DNA of 63,510 nt, counting the filler. It is 6 parts of 6 records of this genome, joined end to end, with 100 filler letters (N's around TTAATTAATTAA, not from the genome) between each part and the next. Parts side by side here need not be neighbours in the genome. Positions count along the whole stretch, not along the records: positions 58,087 to 63,510 come from SRR31156797_45933; 5 more parts are not named here. One strand, 5' to 3'. The notes beneath the pieces are model-generated. The model was given only the letters and a program-made list of their open reading frames with translations. It was not told where the DNA came from and made no database searches. This document shows positions 60,483-63,510 of this stretch, in pieces. Both the position numbers and the translations under genes were made by a program. Within the stretch, counting starts at the first letter, position 1. Every line of letters begins with the position of its first letter.

Positions 60483-61657
60483 CGATCGATCTCGCCAAAT
60501 ACAATGTCGATGGATCCAATATTGGCTACCACGTCGGCCAACATATGACCCCGCGATATCAAATCAAGTGACTGCAAATGCGCAAAACCAGGGGGGCGGA
60601 TCTTGCAACGATATGGGCGATTGGTTCCGTCGGAAATCAGATAAATACCGAACTCACCTTTTGGGGCCTCAACCGCCGAATAAGTCTCTCCCGCCGGAAC
60701 GCGGAATCCCTCTGTAAATAACTTGAAATGTTCAATTAAAGCTTCCATCGAACGTTTCATGTCCGCTCTTTTCGGCGGCGATATCTTGTGATTGTCAACT
60801 TTAACAGGGCCTTCGGGCAGTTGCTCCAATGCTTGCTCGATAATTTTGACGCTTTCCCTCATCTCGGCGATTCTGACCAAATAGCGGTCATAACAATCGC
60901 CATGTTTGCCGACGGGTATATCAAATTCGAATGCTTCATAACCGTCATATGGCTGAGATTTGCGAAGGTCCCATGCGATTCCGGCGGCTCTAAGATTCGG
61001 TCCGCTCCATCCCCAATCAAGAGCCTGTTCAGCGTTTATGGCACCAATATCGACGGTACGTTGTTTGAAAATTCTGTTTTCCGTTAATAGGGTTTCGACA
61101 TCGTCGATATAAGAAGGGAAAAGATCACAGAACGAACCAATATCTTCGACCAATCCGGCCGGAAAATCGAATGCAACGCCGCCAGGTCGAAAATAGCCCA
61201 TGTGCATGCGGGCGCCACTAACGCGTTCGCAAAATTCCATCAGTAATTCGCGTTGTTCGAAACCCCACACCATTGGCGTCATGGCGCCGGTATCCATGGC
61301 GCCCGCGCCTACTGTAAAGATGTGATTCAGCAAACGGCCGATTTCGGCAAAGATCACACGAATCGTTCGTGCCCGAGGTGGTGCTTCAATCCCCAGGAGT
61401 TTCTCAACCGCAAGGGCGAAAGCATGCTCTTGGTTTTGCGGTGAAACATAATCGAGTCGATCGAAGTAGGGTACCGCCTGCAAGTAGGTTTTATGCTCGA
61501 TCAGTTTTTCAGTACCTCGGTGCAACAGGCCGACGTGAGGGTCGGCCCGCTCAATCACTTCACCGTCGAGTTCGAGTACAAGGCGAAGCACACCATGGGC
61601 CGATGGATGCTGCGGCCCAAAATTCAGCGTCAGGTTTTTAATTTCCCGATCAGCCAT
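60479..61657 (-). CDS. nuoD: NADH-quinone oxidoreductase subunit D
   Basis: [30 protein letters not shown]. Confidence 0.98.
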   Translation of the reverse strand: MADREIKNLTLNFGPQHPSAHGVLRLVLELDGEVIERADPHVGLLHRGTEKLIEHKTYLQAVPYFDRLDYVSPQNQEHAFALAVEKLLGIEAPPRARTIRVIFAEIGRLLNHIFTVGAGAMDTGAMTPMVWGFEQRELLMEFCERVSGARMHMGYFRPGGVAFDFPAGLVEDIGSFCDLFPSYIDDVETLLTENRIFKQRTVDIGAINAEQALDWGWSGPNLRAAGIAWDLRKSQPYDGYEAFEFDIPVGKHGDCYDRYLVRIAEMRESVKIIEQALEQLPEGPVKVDNHKISPPKRADMKRSMEALIEHFKLFTEGFRVPAGETYSAVEAPKGEFGIYLISDGTNRPYRCKIRPPGFAHLQSLDLISRGHMLADVVANIGSIDIVFGEIDR

Positions 61658-61661
61658 GGAG

Positions 61662-62312
61662 CTATCCTTCTGCACCATCGGTGTCTGCCGCTTTTTCGTC
61701 ACCGGGCAACACAACAGGAGTACCTTCCCAAGGCGAAAGAAAATCGAAATTCCTGAATTCTTGCTGAAGTTTCACGGGTTCGTACACGATCCGTTTCTGT
61801 TCTTCGTCGTAACGAACCTCATGAAATCCGGTCAACGGAAAATCTTTTCGCAAAGGATGTCCCTCGAAACCGTAATCGGACATTATCCGACGAAGGTCTG
61901 GATGGCCGGAAAAATAGATCCCCAAAAGGTCCCAAGTTTCACGTTCCCACCAATTCGCAGAACTGAATACTCCAGTTACCGAAGGAACCTGTAATTCAGG
62001 GTCGACTGGTACCTTGACGCGGATACGAGAGTTCTGGGTTAAGCTTAAGAGATTGTAGACAACCTCGAACCGAGGTTCTCGATCCGGATAGTCGACTCCA
62101 CAGACGTCCATCAATTGTTTGAACTGAAAATTCACGTCGTCACGCAAAAAAGTCAGGATTTTGACGATGGATGTCGCTCTTACAGTGACCATCAACTCAC
62201 CCAAAGCAACCTCAGTTGCAAGAATATCTTTGGGATGGTGGAGTGTGGCTTGTTCTGCAAGTTCTTGCAGCGCGTCGATGGTTTCTGAGTCCGGGATCAT
62301 GATTTCCGCCAA
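61662..62312 (-). CDS. nuoC: NADH-quinone oxidoreductase subunit C
   Basis: [19 protein letters not shown]; start may be the ATG at 62300. Confidence 0.96.
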   Translation of the reverse strand: MAEIMIPDSETIDALQELAEQATLHHPKDILATEVALGELMVTVRATSIVKILTFLRDDVNFQFKQLMDVCGVDYPDREPRFEVVYNLLSLTQNSRIRVKVPVDPELQVPSVTGVFSSANWWERETWDLLGIYFSGHPDLRRIMSDYGFEGHPLRKDFPLTGFHEVRYDEEQKRIVYEPVKLQQEFRNFDFLSPWEGTPVVLPGDEKAADTDGAEG

Positions 62313-62318
62313 ATTGTT

Positions 62319-62873
62319 TTAGCGCCAAAGGGCACCGGTTCTCCGGATCTTCTTTTGAAGCTGAAGGATTCCGTATAGAAGAGCTTCGGCTGTTGGCGGG
62401 CAACCCGGAACGTAGATGTCGACCGGGACCACACGATCACAACCGCGGACAACTGAGTAAGAATAGTGATAGTACCCGCCGCCGTTGGCACAGGATCCCA
62501 TTGAAATAACATAGCGGGGTTCGGCCATCTGGTCGTAAACTTTACGAAAAGCCGGGGCCATCTTATTCGTTAGAGTTCCCGCAACGATGATGACGTCAGA
62601 TTGGCGTGGGCTTGGCCGAGGTACGACACCGAACCTATCCAAATCATATCGCGGCATATAGGCATGCATCATCTCAACCGCGCAGCATGCCAAACCAAAG
62701 GTCATCGGCCACAGTGATCCCGTTCGAGCCCAATTGACAAGTTTATCAAGTTGGGCAACGACAAAACCTTTGTCAGTTAGATCGCCTATAGCACGATCGA
62801 GGATAATGTCCTGATCTGGACCTTGAGGCAGAATTGGCATGGTACCCGGACGAGAGGCTGGATTCACTCCCAT
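62319..62873 (-). CDS. nuoB: NADH-quinone oxidoreductase subunit B
   Basis: [23 protein letters not shown]. Confidence 0.98.
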   Translation of the reverse strand: MGVNPASRPGTMPILPQGPDQDIILDRAIGDLTDKGFVVAQLDKLVNWARTGSLWPMTFGLACCAVEMMHAYMPRYDLDRFGVVPRPSPRQSDVIIVAGTLTNKMAPAFRKVYDQMAEPRYVISMGSCANGGGYYHYSYSVVRGCDRVVPVDIYVPGCPPTAEALLYGILQLQKKIRRTGALWR

Positions 62874-63229
62874 TCCAACGCCCCTTTTTTCCATTCATAG
62901 ACGAAACCAATCGTAAGAACGGTAAGAAAAACCATCATAGACCAGAAGCCAAAAACTCCAATGTGTCCCAGGCTGATTGCCCACGGAAAAAGGAACGCGA
63001 CTTCGAGGTCAAATATGATGAAAAGAATGGCTACAAGATAAAAACGTACATCGAATTGGCCGCGGGAATGCTCGAATGCCGCAAAACCACATTCATATGT
63101 AGAGTTTTTTGAACTATCCGGACGTTGCGGGACCATAATCCAAGAAGTTCCCACCGCCAATCCGGCAACCGCCGCTGCGATTCCCAGGAAGACCAAGATC
63201 GGAAAATATTCTTGAAGAATTTGATCCAT
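62864..63229 (-). CDS. nuoA: NADH-quinone oxidoreductase subunit A
   Basis: [19 protein letters not shown]. Confidence 0.98.
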   Translation of the reverse strand: MDQILQEYFPILVFLGIAAAVAGLAVGTSWIMVPQRPDSSKNSTYECGFAAFEHSRGQFDVRFYLVAILFIIFDLEVAFLFPWAISLGHIGVFGFWSMMVFLTVLTIGFVYEWKKGALEWE

Positions 63230-63450
63230 ATGCCTTCGCCGATCAATTTGTCTTTAGCTTGGCCTACGAGGTGTTCGCGTTAGCCATTTTCATGTTCACA
63301 ATCCGCAGGGGATTGTTGGTACCAAAAAAAGCTAACCCCTGTTAACCCGCTTTCGAAAAGGCCGTCAACCCGTGCAATGGTTTATGGCCACCGACTAATA
63401 TGTCGGTCTGCCAGCTTAGCCGTTCAAGTAAATCGCTATTAAGGGAGGAA

Positions 63451-63510
63451 TGGCGGGAGTGACGGGACTTGAACCCGCGGCCTCTGGCGTGACAGGCCAG
63501 CGCTCTAACC
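63451..63510 (-). tRNA. tRNA-Asp(GTC), 5' end outside window
   Basis: Reverse complement GGTTAGAGCGCTGGCCTGTCACGCCAGAGGCCGCGGGTTCAAGTCCCGTCACTCCCGCCA. Confidence 0.93.

Noticed and set aside
58087-63510. tRNA-Asp next to nuoA as an integration site
   Set aside because: Ordinary alphaproteobacterial arrangement with no integrase or att duplication visible

Overview
This window is not one locus. It is six unrelated contigs joined by 100-nt N-TTAATTAATTAA-N spacers, probably from a metagenome or multi-genome pool. (1) 1-5692: a lipoprotein arylsulfatase, an octaheme cytochrome c/HEAT/TPR protein and an exported HAD hydrolase, bracketed by the 3' and 5' parts of same-orientation tRNA-Glu sequences. 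(2) 5793-14229, Desulfobacterota-like: cold-shock protein, delta-60 repeat lipoprotein, acyl-CoA dehydrogenase and ligase, PNPOx-like protein, a broken DUF1638-like ORF, a URO-D/MtaA-family protein and the 5' part of a cobalamin riboswitch. (3) 14330-43505, Desulfobacterota-like accessory region: a second sulfatase with a FixJ-type two-component system, a secreted 15-aa repeat protein plus patatin, MazEF, a cytochrome b6-like/Rieske/octaheme-TPR operon behind an FNR-like box, a frameshifted OprO/P porin and PuuE-like deacetylase, and two OmpR-family systems. Probable phased binding sites for these can be read upstream of small exported proteins, an EF-hand protein and a DUF1566 protein. (4) 43606-51468, AT-rich Campylobacterota-like core genes (glmU-coaBC-uppS-A24 peptidase-lptF-truA-sensor kinase). 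(5) 51569-57986: groEL end, tol-pal-cpoB, ruvCA. (6) 58087-63510: alphaproteobacterial nuoA-G and tRNA-Asp. The best candidates for undescribed systems are the Rieske/cytochrome b/octaheme-TPR module, whose cytochrome has a sulfatase-linked homolog in contig 1, and the two-component regulons of exported proteins at 32.7-42.4 kb. All calls come from motif recognition; no searches were run.
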